DNA of 64,000 bases from Bigelowiella natans CCMP2755 (taxonomy: Eukaryota > Protista > Cercozoa), in the NCBI GenBank assembly GCA_000320545.1, contig ADNK01001965.1:83898-147897 (forward strand), written 5' to 3'. The position numbers and the translations under genes were made by a program. Positions within the stretch are counted from its first letter, which is position 1; every line of letters starts with the position of its first letter. Below, in pieces: positions 25,632 through 38,532 of the stretch. The notes under the pieces are model-generated. The model was not told the origin of the DNA. It saw only the letters and a program-made list of their open reading frames with translations, and made no database searches.

Positions 25632-26551
25632 GAAGAGGGAGATGGGGACCGGGAGCCAGGGGAATTCAGAACGATTCTCCCGAAAACAAAGAATTTGCAA
25701 AACAAAGGGAATTTTACTGGTAAAACTGATCTATCATGTTGTCGCAGATAAATCTTTTAGTTTCTTCTACTTCATTTCCAAATGAAAGGACCATGGATCT
25801 CGGACGCCTGCTCTTTTCAAACGGCTGAGATTCATGTGTGCGACAACAAATTGTTCTTGTCACAGGGTGTAATTTCAGTTGGAATTTATCCGGAGGAATG
25901 AACCGCGATTGAGTTTTCAAAAAAAAGAAAATGCCCACATCGCACTCCAACTGCTGGATGGGATTCACTCCTTCCCATCTATTCAAACATTCGGAAATGC
26001 ATCATCTTCCTGTCCATTAGTTGGTTCCTGATTGAAGACTGCTTGACTGATTCTCACATGCATCATCGCAAGTGCTAGAGTGCTGTGCATCGTGGCCTCA
26101 TTGCACAATGTGTCACACGTTCTTCACGAATGAGGCCGTCATCACAGGTAGATCCCGTGAAGAATGCAATGGCAGCAAAGCTAAGCGAATGAACACATGC
26201 ACCATGTGTGCACACGCAATCGTGCAAACGCAATTGGAACAAAATGTGCTGCGCACACGTGCACATGTGTCACGAGCAAAAACCCCTCTAGCCCTGCTCC
26301 AGGCTGCATGCTCCAACGAAGACTAACTGGCGATGTCATAGCATCAGACTGATAAAAGAAAATAAGCTAATTGTGTGCACTATCACACCATCATGATGGC
26401 AAATGTAAATTCATCAGGTTTTGCATTGCTCTTTTACAACATGTTTACAAATGGATACATGCCCTTGTACTTAAAATAGTCTGGGCCAAGCAGACAGCAC
26501 GCTGTTATATTGCACTGACTGCATAAACACTACGAAAGAAATTGAAGAATC

Positions 26552-27286
26552 CTACGCCTTGGATAGGACAATGCAGATGGCGCAAATGATCGATAGCGTG
26601 AAAACACCGACTAAGAAATTTCCAAAATCAACTGTCAGAGATGTAGACCTTCTTCTAGAAACTGTTGCCATGTACAGGCGCTCAAAAATTGAATTATTAC
26701 CAAGAAGTAAGTAGTTCCTTGTTCCTCTGATTTCTTTAAAGAAGAAAACGCTCCAAAGCGAGCCCACTAGACCAGGCCCAATGACGGCCTATAGAAGATA
26801 ACCAATCCACATCAACCCACATCAATAAGCATACGGGTACATATTTCCTAGTACCAACGGGAAAGCCACTGTGTAGCCCAAAATTCCGTTGGCAATGAAC
26901 CAGCCAACTTGTCCCAGGGCCCACATGCATCCTATCAGTGGTGGAATAGACCATATCGTAACCATGCCGTCGTGAATCGTGTACCACACAAATGCATGTG
27001 TGCGGAAGTAAATCTCAGGAGTGCACTTCATGCACTCTTCTGGCTTTCGTGCGGACCTGAAAGAAAAGCGGGGGCGCATAGCTCACTAGACACCCAAGGC
27101 TTGTTCTTCATAATCCTGTGGGAGTCATTGATTTAGACCAAAACACCGCTCAGTAACCAGGAAATGGCAACTCGACTAACGCTGAATTGTATTAGATACT
27201 ACATCGAATAGGCCAGGAATATCGTCATAGACATAATGATGATTCCGCAAAAGTGGGCGAAAACCTGTGGGTAACGTTTGAGGAGA

Positions 27287-27340
<54 letters not shown>

Positions 27341-28058
27341 CAACAAGAAACAAACACGCAATAAAATATCACACACGAAAGGCGCTCAACTCCAGGTGAG
27401 TTCATGTTGCACACATCGCTGCTTCACACATCAAGGCCGTGAGTTTGCACCAGAAAGCTCACCGATTTCGACAGAGGTTTAAATTCATACGTGTGCTCAT
27501 CATCAGACTTTTCAAGAAAAAGAACTAATAATACTATAGCCAAGACGGCTAGCCTGTGACAAAAGTAGCAATTGGAAAGGGGGGAGAGGGGGGTGGTGTA
27601 GTACGTAGTCAAGGGGCTCGGAACTAGCACCACGATAATGCTCAACGCACTTGTTGCCTGGAACAAAAGGACATATTAGATACATCATTTTGAACATTGT
27701 GAAGGGAAAATCCGGACAGAAAAGAGTGACGCCCATGACGAAGTGAAACACCTCTCCGTGGCAAGCAAAATACAAATGGGTCCCTATCGGATGAGATCCT
27801 CCTCATCCGACACATGGACGGCAATAGCACTTTTAGTGGTCATAGCTGTCGCCGTCGCCATCTTCAAATTTGATGATGATGATGATGACGATGATGATGA
27901 TGATGATGATATCAACCTTTTTAAAAAATGAATCAGAGATTTTTTTTTTCAAATTAAATCGTACCATCACTGCAGTTATGCTGCTGGATGTAGGTAGGAG
28001 GATCGAAATTGTTCCCGAAGAGGAACCCTGCAGATCACGGTAGGAAAAGATTTTTAAC

Positions 28059-28097
<39 letters not shown>

Positions 28098-29786
28098 ACG
28101 TGCGCGCGCACGTGCTCATGCTGTACGCTCTTTTATGCGTTTGTGTGGGTAGTGCATGGTATCGAAACGAGATAGAAGCAGAGTCGGGAAGAATGCGTGC
28201 TCACCGGCGCATACAGCGGCAGCGATGCCCTTAAATTTGGACTTTGGCTCTCCCTCCGCATCACTTTCAATATCTGTCAGTATAATATAAGCACGAGAGC
28301 AGCTGATCAGAGCGAGGCATCTGTTATTGCAAAGCATGAAAAGAAGGACGTGCATGGTGGATTAGTTGTTTTTTCAAAGACTTAGATCGCTGACCCTGAT
28401 TTTGAATCGAGTCGGCTGTCTTCGCCTCCATCGCTGTTTACAAATAACAAAAAATTAAGGAAGAAGCGAGGCGGAAGAGACTTCCCCTTCGGCACCAAAA
28501 TGTGTCCGAATTTGAAAACAAAGTAGCAGCAGCACGTAAGATGCCTCACCTTCCTCGGGCCCACTTGGCAGCTGGGTGAAATCGTCGACCCTTTTAAGAT
28601 TTTTTTTTTAAAAACAAGTACGATTCAAATAATCAAGATGACACTAATCTTGCTTTGGGGTTTATGCAGAGATTTATATATACTTACGGTTTATCAGGAG
28701 TCACTGTGACAAAGAAGCTGGTACCAAGGGAGAAAAGTGCAAAGCACAACCCCAGGACGTTTAGCCACACCTAAAGAAACCACAAATGTTTGGAGGTACC
28801 ACCTAGCTTTGTACTTCATGCCTTTCGTCAAACAGGCTTGCACGACTTTTTTGCGCGAGGTACTAGGTCTGTAAAATTCTTCTATGTCCTCTTCTTTTTC
28901 ATTTAGATGAAACACCATTTTCAGCTCATCTTTCTCAAGGTCGAAGAATCCGAAGAACCCAGTGGCCCATCCAACCATCAGAGCCTTAGTTTTGTCAATA
29001 TTAGAATAGAAGCAGCACACTAAGCCCCGATTATGGATTGCCACAGTCTTATCATCCTATCTCATCATTCGTACCGTGGAGCCCCAAATGACTAGACCAA
29101 GACCCATGCCTGACATGAACCATGGATAGATGGAGGGGGGTGTCAAGGAATACCAACAGCGACGTGGAGTGCAATATATTGAGATAGTGACCGATTTGTT
29201 GGATGATGTAAACGCAGAGCACGTTTCCTGACCAAATTAAAGGATTTGTGGATTTATACCGAAGTGTGCGTTAGCTCAAGAATGACGCGGGGGGTAAATG
29301 TTTTAGAAAACAAAGGCGACCCTTTCTTTCTAGGACACACAGCTGGGAAAGAAGTTCTCGCTCACAAAGAAGAGGGGGGGTGGAGTAGCTCAACCTGTGG
29401 CCCAGAGAGCTCCTCCAAGCATAGAAAACGGGTAGAATTTAGGAGATCCTTGTATCAGTTGAACCTTTTGCATATCATTGTCCTCTCACGCCCCATCTAG
29501 GGACGCAACCTAGTTGCAAGATCGAGTGTGCACTTACGACGAGACCCACTGTCCAAATGCCCATACACATGAAGAGCTGGAAGAAGACGCCATCCCCGCT
29601 GTGAAAAAATGGCTCGGTGTGATTATTCATCCGAGTTTCAATACATGCCACTATAAACGCAGACAGACCCTCATACCTGTCAAACCTCTTCACCACCACG
29701 AAGTTGGACCCAAAGAAGAGCATGGACATCAACACGCCGATGTATCTGATAATTATGCACCCCAGCTCACAACTGCTTCCAGTCAT
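26552..29786 (-). CDS. TMEM144: TMEM144-family (DMT superfamily) membrane transporter; start could extend to 29942
   Basis: Motifs FFGSNFVVVKRFD|GDGVFFQLFMC, FYPFSMLGGALWATG, GMGLGLVIWGS, GWATGFFG, FAHFCGI, MWALGQVGWFIAN, GPGLVGSLWSVFFFKEIRGTRN. Confidence 0.9.
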
Positions 29787-30338
29787 ATCTCTCCTTCTAA
29801 CGATACCCGAGAATTGTCGCCGCCATCTTTCCTTTCTACTGCTGCCGGACGGGCTGGGGGAAGGGAATATCCGAACACAACAGTATCCGCCGTAAAGAGA
29901 GCGAATGTCTAGAAAGTCCATGTCGCACTTGCAGAATCCCATGATTTTCGTTCTTTCTGAACCTTATACCGAGGAGGAGGAGGCCAACGCAGGCCGAAGT
30001 TTCGTGCGAGACAAGGAAATTAACCGAAAAGTCCAAAAATATCCGTCAACGTATCCCCGTTACCCCGTCATGATCTTCGAGCACTCCCATGGATAAACGA
30101 CATCTATTTTGTAAACACATGACAATTGCTTCAATGTCGTTCCCTCAAATTTTGCTGAGTTTCTTTTATTGTCGCACATCGCGGATGGGACCGCTTCATA
30201 CGATCGGGTTTTGAGGCATTTTCAGTGACGCCGCCACTGAGAACCTTCCCCGTTCTTGCGTGAGAACGTTCCTCGCATTCCTGACACGAGGAGCATTGCG
30301 GGTGAAACTACCTGAATTGTTTCCCAAGAGCAGTCAGA

Positions 30339-30410
30339 AGCGGCGTGGCGCAGCGGAAGCGCGTGAGGCTCATAACCTCGAGGTCCCTTGATCGAAACAA
30401 GGCGCCGCTA
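30339..30410 (+). tRNA. tRNA-iMet: Initiator tRNA-Met (anticodon CAT)
   Basis: AGCGGCG TG GCGC AGCGGAA GCGC G TGAGG CTCATAA CCTCG AGGTC CCTTG ATCGAAA CAAGG CGCCGCT A folds as a full cloverleaf. A1:U72 and the T-loop AUCGAAA (A54/A60) are eukaryotic initiator hallmarks. T-runs follow, consistent with a Pol III terminator. Confidence 0.95.
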
Positions 30411-30461
30411 TCTGTTCCTTTTCCTTTTCTGTATTTTTTTTTCCTGCGTAGGCTTCCAGTA

Positions 30462-30462
30462 G

Positions 30463-30542
<80 letters not shown>

Positions 30543-30543
30543 C
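30462..30543. repeat. (CT)n microsatellite just downstream of tRNA-iMet
   Basis: Directly visible. Confidence 0.95.
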
Positions 30544-31233
30544 ATGTTTGCAGGAAGGATCCTCGCCCCTGCAACGTAGAGATTATTGCGCTCCCTTAGT
30601 AAGGGAGATGTCGTCAGATTGGAAATCTTGATCGAAATTGTTCAGCTGAAACGTATGTGATCCTCAAAGCTTTGGTCTGTGCGATGGAGCAAGTACATCT
30701 GGTCTATTAATTCATTGTCTAGCTTTGTAACCAGATTCGAGAGTAGAATCATGACACCTAGAGCCGATTCAGTTCAGCTCAACTACGATTAGCGAGTTCT
30801 ACTAGCAGGTAGGTAAAGCTAGGAAAGAGCTAAGTAGGTCACGCCGCGTTGCGCGTGCTTCAACGAAACGAAATTCGTCAGCATACATCACACTGCGTAA
30901 CGGATTTGTAATTATCTTATTAGAACTTTATCTGCCAACACATAACCGTACGTGACAGTTAATGTACAAGTAAGCATGAGCTACGACACATAGCACTCTC
31001 TGATGCGTTGAAGTCATGCTCGCACTTTGCAACCTCTCAATTACATTGCAAGCGTACGGAATTGAGAATTCATTGCGGTCTTGAATTGTCTTCCTATGCG
31101 TTGATATCAACACCTGTCATGCAGTCATGCATGGTGACATCCAAATGCAGATTGGCATGTATACACAACTCAATGTAGCTACATGCTAAATGTACTGCTG
31201 CATTTGTTTATTACACATGTCACGATAACTAGA

Positions 31234-34050
31234 TTAAATACATAATGGTGAGATCGTGGATGATGACAGCGTGCACTTGGATGGGCATATAGTCAGATCC
31301 GCACCGAACTTGATCGCATAGCAGTAGATGGCTTGACTGAGTTGAGCACGAAAATCAGAGTACTGATGTTCCAATTTATTTCCAATCTGTGTCCCCAGTA
31401 GCTTTTCCTCCATCGCAGGCTTTGTCTTTCTGCCTTCGGTTTCCTTGGACAATGCGCTGACGTTTTTTCCCTGCGGGAGCGTCGCCACCCCTTAACCCTC
31501 CACGTCCCAGCAATGATCTTCTCATGGGACTTTTCGTAGTAAGAGGCTGTTCCATCTCACGAGGTTGCGTCTCCGATGTCGTTGCTCCGGAGACCCGATT
31601 TATCCGAGCACCAAGAGGCTTTGGTGCTTGAGAAATCTGGGACCTCTTTCCATCGCCGGATTCAGAGATGATGTAAGGTTCATAGCCCTTGGACATGAGC
31701 CGTTGGAAGTTGCTGTTCACGCACAAGTGATCGATCACAAAGGCGTCAATTTAAAGAGAGGAATCATATGTCTGTCGGTGGCAGAGCGAATGTCTGGCTA
31801 CTAACCCAAAATCTTTTCCTGAGCGTAGAGCTGTCTCGCAGAGCACGCGCACTCCACGGGAAGCATACACTTGCAGAATGTCATCGGTGATTTGATAAGC
31901 CTGCTCGACGGACTCGAGGTACTCATCCGACAAGAACACGCCGTTCCACGGGCGAAAACGCATCTGTTTGCAAGGAAATGGGGGGAAAGGGCGACCATAA
32001 TTTTAAACAAGAAATCAACCAGTAGCCTTTTAAAAAACTCTACCTGGTTAAGAAGTTTTGGCGAGGGGAGAAAAACCGATCCGTACACCTTTACTTCGTT
32101 CTCGTCCCTGCCTTCCAGTTTCTGATATTTCAATTAAAAGGAAATACGAGCTTGTAAGGCGTAATTCAGCGAAACAACTTCCAACTCTCTGATATGACCG
32201 TGAAAAGAAAGTCAAGCCCCTCCTTCAGTTTCTCTGTGTCCGATCCTATTTGAACCCACACGCTGCGGACTAAGCCTGTTTCCAGCTTTGCAGCGAGCAC
32301 CTGCAGTTCGCGTGCGCGAACATCATTATTCGATTTATATATTGACAATGGATAGAGATGCTTATTCGAGAGAAGTGTGCTCACCTTTCTCTCTTTCTCT
32401 CTATCTTTAACGTCTGGAAAGTAGGGGTTGAATGCTACTCCCTGCGGCACGAAGAATAATGTTGGTTCCGTCGAAAAGATGAGGTGATGTGCTTATTGAG
32501 ATGATGTGCTTCATCATCTTTCTTTAAATTTTAGAAAATTTTGGCTTCCACTAAAGCTGTACCCACCAGATTAATCTTTCGTGCGCTGGAGCTTCTTCTC
32601 CTCTAAAAATGATGATTTTTTAACTACCGTTGAATGGAACGATTAGAAACTTGCGAAAGTGTGAGTTCGGACCTGGGCCATACGGAGACAAGCAAGGGTG
32701 CTGAGGTCAGACTTGCGTTTTTTCCCCCCTCCACTCACGACCAAACTGAGCAAAGATGATAAAATAGATGAAAGGATATGGTAAGTCCATTTTTTATCGA
32801 GATTCCCGTAACGTCCCTAGCACAATTCACAGCATGTTTAGACAGATATGTGCGTGCATACCACTCTCTGATTCCTAGTTGAACCAGTTCTCCGCAAGCT
32901 TTCTCGAAACTTGCAAAGGTCTAATTCATTATTTCACGAGGCTTTTAATTGAAGAAAACTAGATTTAAATGATATTTCCCAGCGGTCCCACCCACCTTTT
33001 CTGGAGACCCGCGGTACTGATTCCTACAACGAACAATATTTGTTATTATTATTATTATTGTTTGGGTTAGAGATCCCAAACTTATTAAATATATCTTTGC
33101 CTCTAATACACAAAGAGAAGGCATCGAATTCCTGTGCCAAGGTTGGCGCATCAAAAAATCTTAACGTACTTGAGACTGTAGTGAGGACAAATATCAGCTT
33201 GAGGGTACGCCTGTGAAAATTGTGGCGCTCATCAAAGTGCTTGAGCTTCATTTTGTGTTTAGGATAATCTGAAGTACCGCGAGTAGCCCTTCGCACCATT
33301 TAACGATAGGGTCATTTTTGCCCTTATTCGGAAGGTTTACCCTGTGCATCGGTGGTTCCAACTTAGTTTGGGCAGTCAGAAGTAAGCTCTCCTTGTGAGA
33401 TGTAATTACCAACCTCTGCATTTCATTCCGTTTCAAGAAGCTCGCCTGCTTGGTAAGATCCGACGCCGTTTTGAAAAAGAGTTCGAATCTGCACGGTAGA
33501 AGATATTGGTGACGATTAGCATTCATTGTGTCTCCCAGCAAGGCGTCACCGACCGTAGGGATTCGCTCAAACCTAAGCTCATCAGCAACAACGAAAGTTG
33601 TGCCCCCCCTTTCGAACTTATCGTACAGCTATCCTTTCCTCCTTCGCTGATCTCAAGTTGTGTACTTGCATCTCCGGCATCCTCAGCCGCTGTGTTGGCC
33701 CCTCCTCGGAACCGAGATGTTCCTTCCGGTTTTGCCCTGTCTCTGTGTCACATTTGTTCATCAACCAGAGGACTTTTTCAATCGTACTGCAACGCTTTGC
33801 ACGCCTCAATAAATACCGTTTGGCAGCTTTTCGCTGGGCGTTGCAGCGCTTGCTACAGGTCGTAACCTCGTCCCAGCACTTCTCCCACTTTTTCCGCCAC
33901 GTGAACGGCTTTCCGCAGCTGACGCATGTCTTCCTAGGCAGGTTTTCCTTTCTCACTCCTCTGCCATAAAACGACCGAGCACTCATTAATCATCTGTCCC
34001 TCCCTCCCTCCTTGCGTGCACAAGAACCAAAAAAGAGACTACCTAGGCAT
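31234..34050 (-). CDS. Fusion: N-terminal DUF2256 Cys-rich domain plus FAD-linked oxidoreductase/MTHFR-like domain; 3' end uncertain
   Basis: MPR|GVRKENLPRKTCVSCGKPFTWRKKWEKCWDEVTTCSKRC is the DUF2256 signature. It splices in frame to LR|FELFFK...R|VNLPNK, ICPHYSLKY, LVVSGGGKKRK, VAFNPYFPD, KLETGLVRSVWVQIGSD, VYGSVFLPS, MRFRPWNGVFLSDEYL. Confidence 0.75.
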
Positions 34051-34223
34051 TGAACTCAGGCTAACGGTGCACGTGGCCTCAATCAGTGGTCTAGGGGCGG
34101 AGTCGTCCGAGGACTTGAAATGTAGGCCATTTTCACCGAAATAGGACGTAAACAGGCCAACCTCTTCGAAATAGAGTTGTCTCGCTTGGCGAATGAAAAA
34201 TGCATAGGGTTTCGACCCTGCGA

Positions 34224-34873
34224 CATGGCCTCGACAATTATCGACAATTTTGCAACGCTGACGAAGGTCGAAGCGCCCCCGACGACGACGATGCTACGAT
34301 CTTGAGAGTCGCGCCATCGTGTTCACAGAAGACCCACGAATGTTTTTTTGGTTTCATTCAGCCTATCAATGGTGGTCGCGGCGTGCTATCTCATACACTG
34401 AGAGAAGAAGCAAGAGGAAGTGACCAACCCTTGAACACCGCAGACATGCGTGAATTAATCGAGCTTAGACAGTTCGGGAGATTCTTCTTTCCATCTGATA
34501 CTTTGTGCAGTAGGAAAACCTATTTTACATAAGAGACACTAAGACGGATCCATAAAACTGCATTAAGGTCTACAGGATGAGTCGTTGTGCGCCTATTCTC
34601 TCCATCCTTCAAAAGAACAAGCCCTCCCTAACCTCGAGAAGGTATTCGGAAACAAGAGAGGGCATTTACCAGCTTGTGTACGTCATGATTTAAAGCAAGT
34701 AATCGACCACAAACACCTATACTAATCGTGCTGCTAACATCATGCAACTTATTCGGCGGTCTCTGGGCATTGTCCCCGTCACGTTAATGGCATGCTGCAA
34801 ATTAGGACAAGGATGTGCAGGTTGAAAAGCGAAAGCCTAGAGTTCGGGCATGCAGTAGTCGATAGCACCGAAT
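34224..34873 (+). CDS. Possible small hypothetical spliced gene divergent from the DUF2256 gene
   Basis: A plausible GT-AG path exists (MASTIIDNFATLTK|PINGGRG...), but there is no recognisable motif. Confidence 0.2.
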
Positions 34874-36099
34874 AATGCGACTTTGGATTGGAACGACATT
34901 CATTCTCCATTTTTTCAAAGATTTGTTAGCTACCTGGAGTGCCAATATCTGTGTTATCTGCATTATGAATGCGTAATCATCAGCGAAAAATGGAAGTAAG
35001 CCAGAACAACCATGCATAATATATGCAGACGTCCGTACCCCTTGCAACAGTCTGTGATTGTTTAGCTTTTGATGAGATCCTACAATAATGTGAACGAACA
35101 CATTGAATGTACACTTTTGTGATTCATTATATGTTATAATAGAGACTAGACCCAAGTGCATGCACATGCACACAATGATGTGCAGCAGCGTATGAGCAGC
35201 GAGGCTTGCTTACACTACCGCCTATAGGTGTTGAAGGTTATACATGTGCATGATTGTTGCATGAACTGTCAATAATGAGGGATACATGTGTCAACATTGC
35301 AGCTGTGCGCATTTACATGCACATGCGATGCAACAATGTAGATGCCGCTGCTGATCTAGTGATCTTCGTGGTGGTGCACAATGTGCCTGTGCACATGCAA
35401 GCTCCACATTGCATTAGTTGTTTGTCAAACACCTGCATCTAAATGAGTATGACTTCGTATTGCTTTTTTAGATTGCATGCGCTGTCATCACACACGGCGA
35501 GAAAGACGCTATAGATGCAACACGTACGATGCATCGTAACTTTCGATCGTGCCACGCCTGCGCATGATGAGCACGTGCAATTGCATAACAGTAGGCACAG
35601 TAATTCTATATACTGCATAAAAATAGTATTACGTGTGTCTATCATTTTTCTGGGTGATCGATCGATGATGATGATCCCGGTTGATGAAAAGCAACATTGA
35701 ACATACATACAGCATACATGGCGGACATATTTTTACGTTAGGGCCTAAATGTGACTACTGCACAGGCTAGCAGGCACCGGATGTACTATTTTTTGATGTG
35801 TACACATGTGTGCACGTTAAAAGCATGTGTGTCATGTTCATAGTCATATTCAGTGTGGGTTTAAGCTACCTAGCTATGTGATGCGGAAATGATGAACATG
35901 CACACACAATCAAACACACATATACACATACACAACACCCTAATAATGCCCACAATGTGCAGAAATGTTGCATCTCGCTTTTTTTAATAAGATCACAGAT
36001 TTAATAATGACAAAGGTTGAAACCATACTTTGGCACTACAATTTTGACATGCATCATCGAAGGAGCTTAATGATTTGCTGTTCTCTCGACGACGAAGAA

Positions 36100-37503
36100 A
36101 TCGCTAAAACTGCATCAAATTATGCACTCACAAGTCAAACAGATATCTAGCTAAAATACAATCTTGGTATACATCTACACAGCGAGGCCTCACAGAGCTT
36201 CCTCTACCAATCTCTTCCCATTTTTGATCATTTTGTTCAACTAATTTATCCACAACAGATATCTTCTCAACTCTACATCCAAACGAGTATGAAAGGGGAG
36301 GGACTACCATGCGTTCCATTTTTCTGTACCGCTCATCTTGTTGGGACCCGACCGTCTCATAATCGGAGAGTCGTTTGTAAACATTCTGGTGAAGATATCT
36401 TGTTCAGAGATGATTTTGTTTCGATGCTGAAGTTTAAGTCGATACCTCAGAATGTGCTCGGGTTTTCTCATTGTAGCTCTGCAACATCCTACCGATGATA
36501 ATTTAGGTATTCAAAGACTGAGCACTCCCATTATACTGATTAAATGAAACGGACCTATTAGCTGCAACCTCGCGCGAATCGGTATATTGTTTTATTTCCT
36601 CGCTGAATACCTGTGTAACTCTGCAAGAGAAAGTATATAGTTTCGAAAAATGAGGTTTGCTGCTCGAATCGCGCATAATTTCATCCGGACAGAAGAAATA
36701 AATTTGCAGGATCTCCTCTCCTCGATCATCAAGGTTGCTGTGGAATATGCGAAACATTTCTTACTCGAAGAGCCTCTTCAACTCCTCGCTCTGCCTTTTG
36801 AGCACTCGCTGTTGGGTTTCAGCGACCATTTTCAACTGGGCGACATTAGGAACTATCCCTTTAACTCGTGCTCTATCCGGCATGTACGGAGAAATGAGTC
36901 TACTTTCGCGGAGGCAGGATGTTGAAAAGACGGGGGTTTCCTCGCCTCCGATCCCTCCCTGAAGGCCAGATCTGTCCATGCTGCCGGAAGCCATTTTACC
37001 TTTCTCCACCCCACAGTAGTGTGGAACGGCTACAAGGCGATTTAAAAATTTCTTGTCGTTTTTCTTTGACGCAAGTCCAAGTACGAAGACATTTTTGCCA
37101 ATCTCAGGTAACGTCGAAACGTTTCGAGTGTTTTTGTCTATCTCCTCAAAAGCATGTCGCATACACGAAACCCCATGCTTGATATTTCTTATAGAATTCC
37201 CTTTCGTTCCATGCCTGCGACAACAGATATGGCAGGCTGGAACTCGGAGTTATTATGCTTATTCAAAATCTCCGAAGCAATGGTGTTGCACAGCTGTCTC
37301 GTGGCATAGCTTCGAATACTGAAAGCCACGGTTGCAGGTCCGAATATACGAATCAACGTCAATGTTGCTGATCCCTGTATATATATGTTCGTCCTTTTTG
37401 CTTAATACCCAACGCAAGAAGCTCACACCAAAAGCTTCGTATGTAAATTGTACCATTTCGGGAAGTGAAAAATAGGATTTCGAAGTGAAAGAGATAGAGT
37501 CAT
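36100..37503 (-). CDS. Hypothetical multi-exon protein
   Basis: Chain of coding-like ORFs (36761-37162, 36503-36757, 36128-36319) separated by short intron-like gaps. No family recognised; ends approximate. Confidence 0.4.
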
Positions 37504-37593
37504 GATGGATATTTGTTTGAATTTTAGTTTGTGAAAGTTTGCAATCTACCAAAGCAATTTATCGGGGGCAATTCGTGGTGGCCTTACGTGATC

Positions 37594-38532
37594 ATGGGCA
37601 AATCAAGACGCAGTCGGAAAAATGTAAAGCACTCACAACACACTACCTCCCCACCCTCCCAACTCATAACCACACCGGAGACATGATCCTGCTTCACATA
37701 TTGGAGATGTGTGGATATTACTTAACCCGCATCATCTGTGTTTTCCGGCATTATCAGCTCTGCTTAGCGGGAGGTTGTACAATTATCAGATGCATTTAGA
37801 ATAATCGGAACATTTATCACGATAAATATAGGCACAACAATCATCGCGTTCGGGGCAATCAGAATACGCAAAAAGCCTCCTTGAAAACGCAAACAACACC
37901 GACGAAAACTCTACGGTGGAAAAGAAATCTAAACTTTCAAAGGCTATTCGACTGACCAAAAAGCAGAAGAGAAAAAACAAGCAATCCGAGTTTATGAAGA
38001 AGTTAAAGGTTTGCTAGATGATAACAATGGTGCACATTTCGTGTTCAGAGTTGTCACCCTATTCTTTCAGATTGCAAAAAAAATAAGTGGGATACAAGAA
38101 TCTAAGAAGTCAAATCTGTCATCCATGGGAGATCTAGCTTCGAGTCTCAAGGATATAGTTTCTAGCTCTCGCAAAGGGTTGAAAGCAGGTAGGTAGATGT
38201 GGGGAAATAACAATCTTGTTACTGTTCATGGAGTTCCTGATTTTGCACCTTCTTCTAGGAAAAAAATTATCGAACAAGCAGAAGAAGAAATTGCTTTCGA
38301 AGGAAGTCGAGAATTTTTGTGCTGTAATGGAGCATCCAGCATTCAAAAACGCGCCAATAGACACCATAAATGAGCATATCACGAACACTCTAAAAGATCA
38401 AAAGGTAGTGCACTGTTTGTCAATCGCTAATATGAGGTGAGTAAATCAACCCCATACATTAAATAGGAATCCGAGGACAGACTAGAACGTGACATGAAAG
38501 AAATCTCGCGAGAAATTGACATGAGCATCTAA
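37594..38532 (+). CDS. SLX9: Ribosome biogenesis factor SLX9/FAM207A-like
   Basis: Basic start MGKSRRSRKN and a Lys-rich body. C-terminal KEVENFCAVMEHPAFKNAPIDTINEHITNTL matches the SLX9 family motif. Confidence 0.75.

Noticed and set aside
171-29786. Three DMT-superfamily transporters (TPT, EamA, TMEM144) within 30 kb as a cluster
   Set aside because: Distantly related families separated by unrelated genes; no sign of tandem duplication.
30581-30597. Perfect short hairpin ctccctta-g-taagggag (about 30591-30607) near the tRNA
   Set aside because: An 8-bp stem is expected by chance in 64 kb, and there are no TIR/TSD or ncRNA features.
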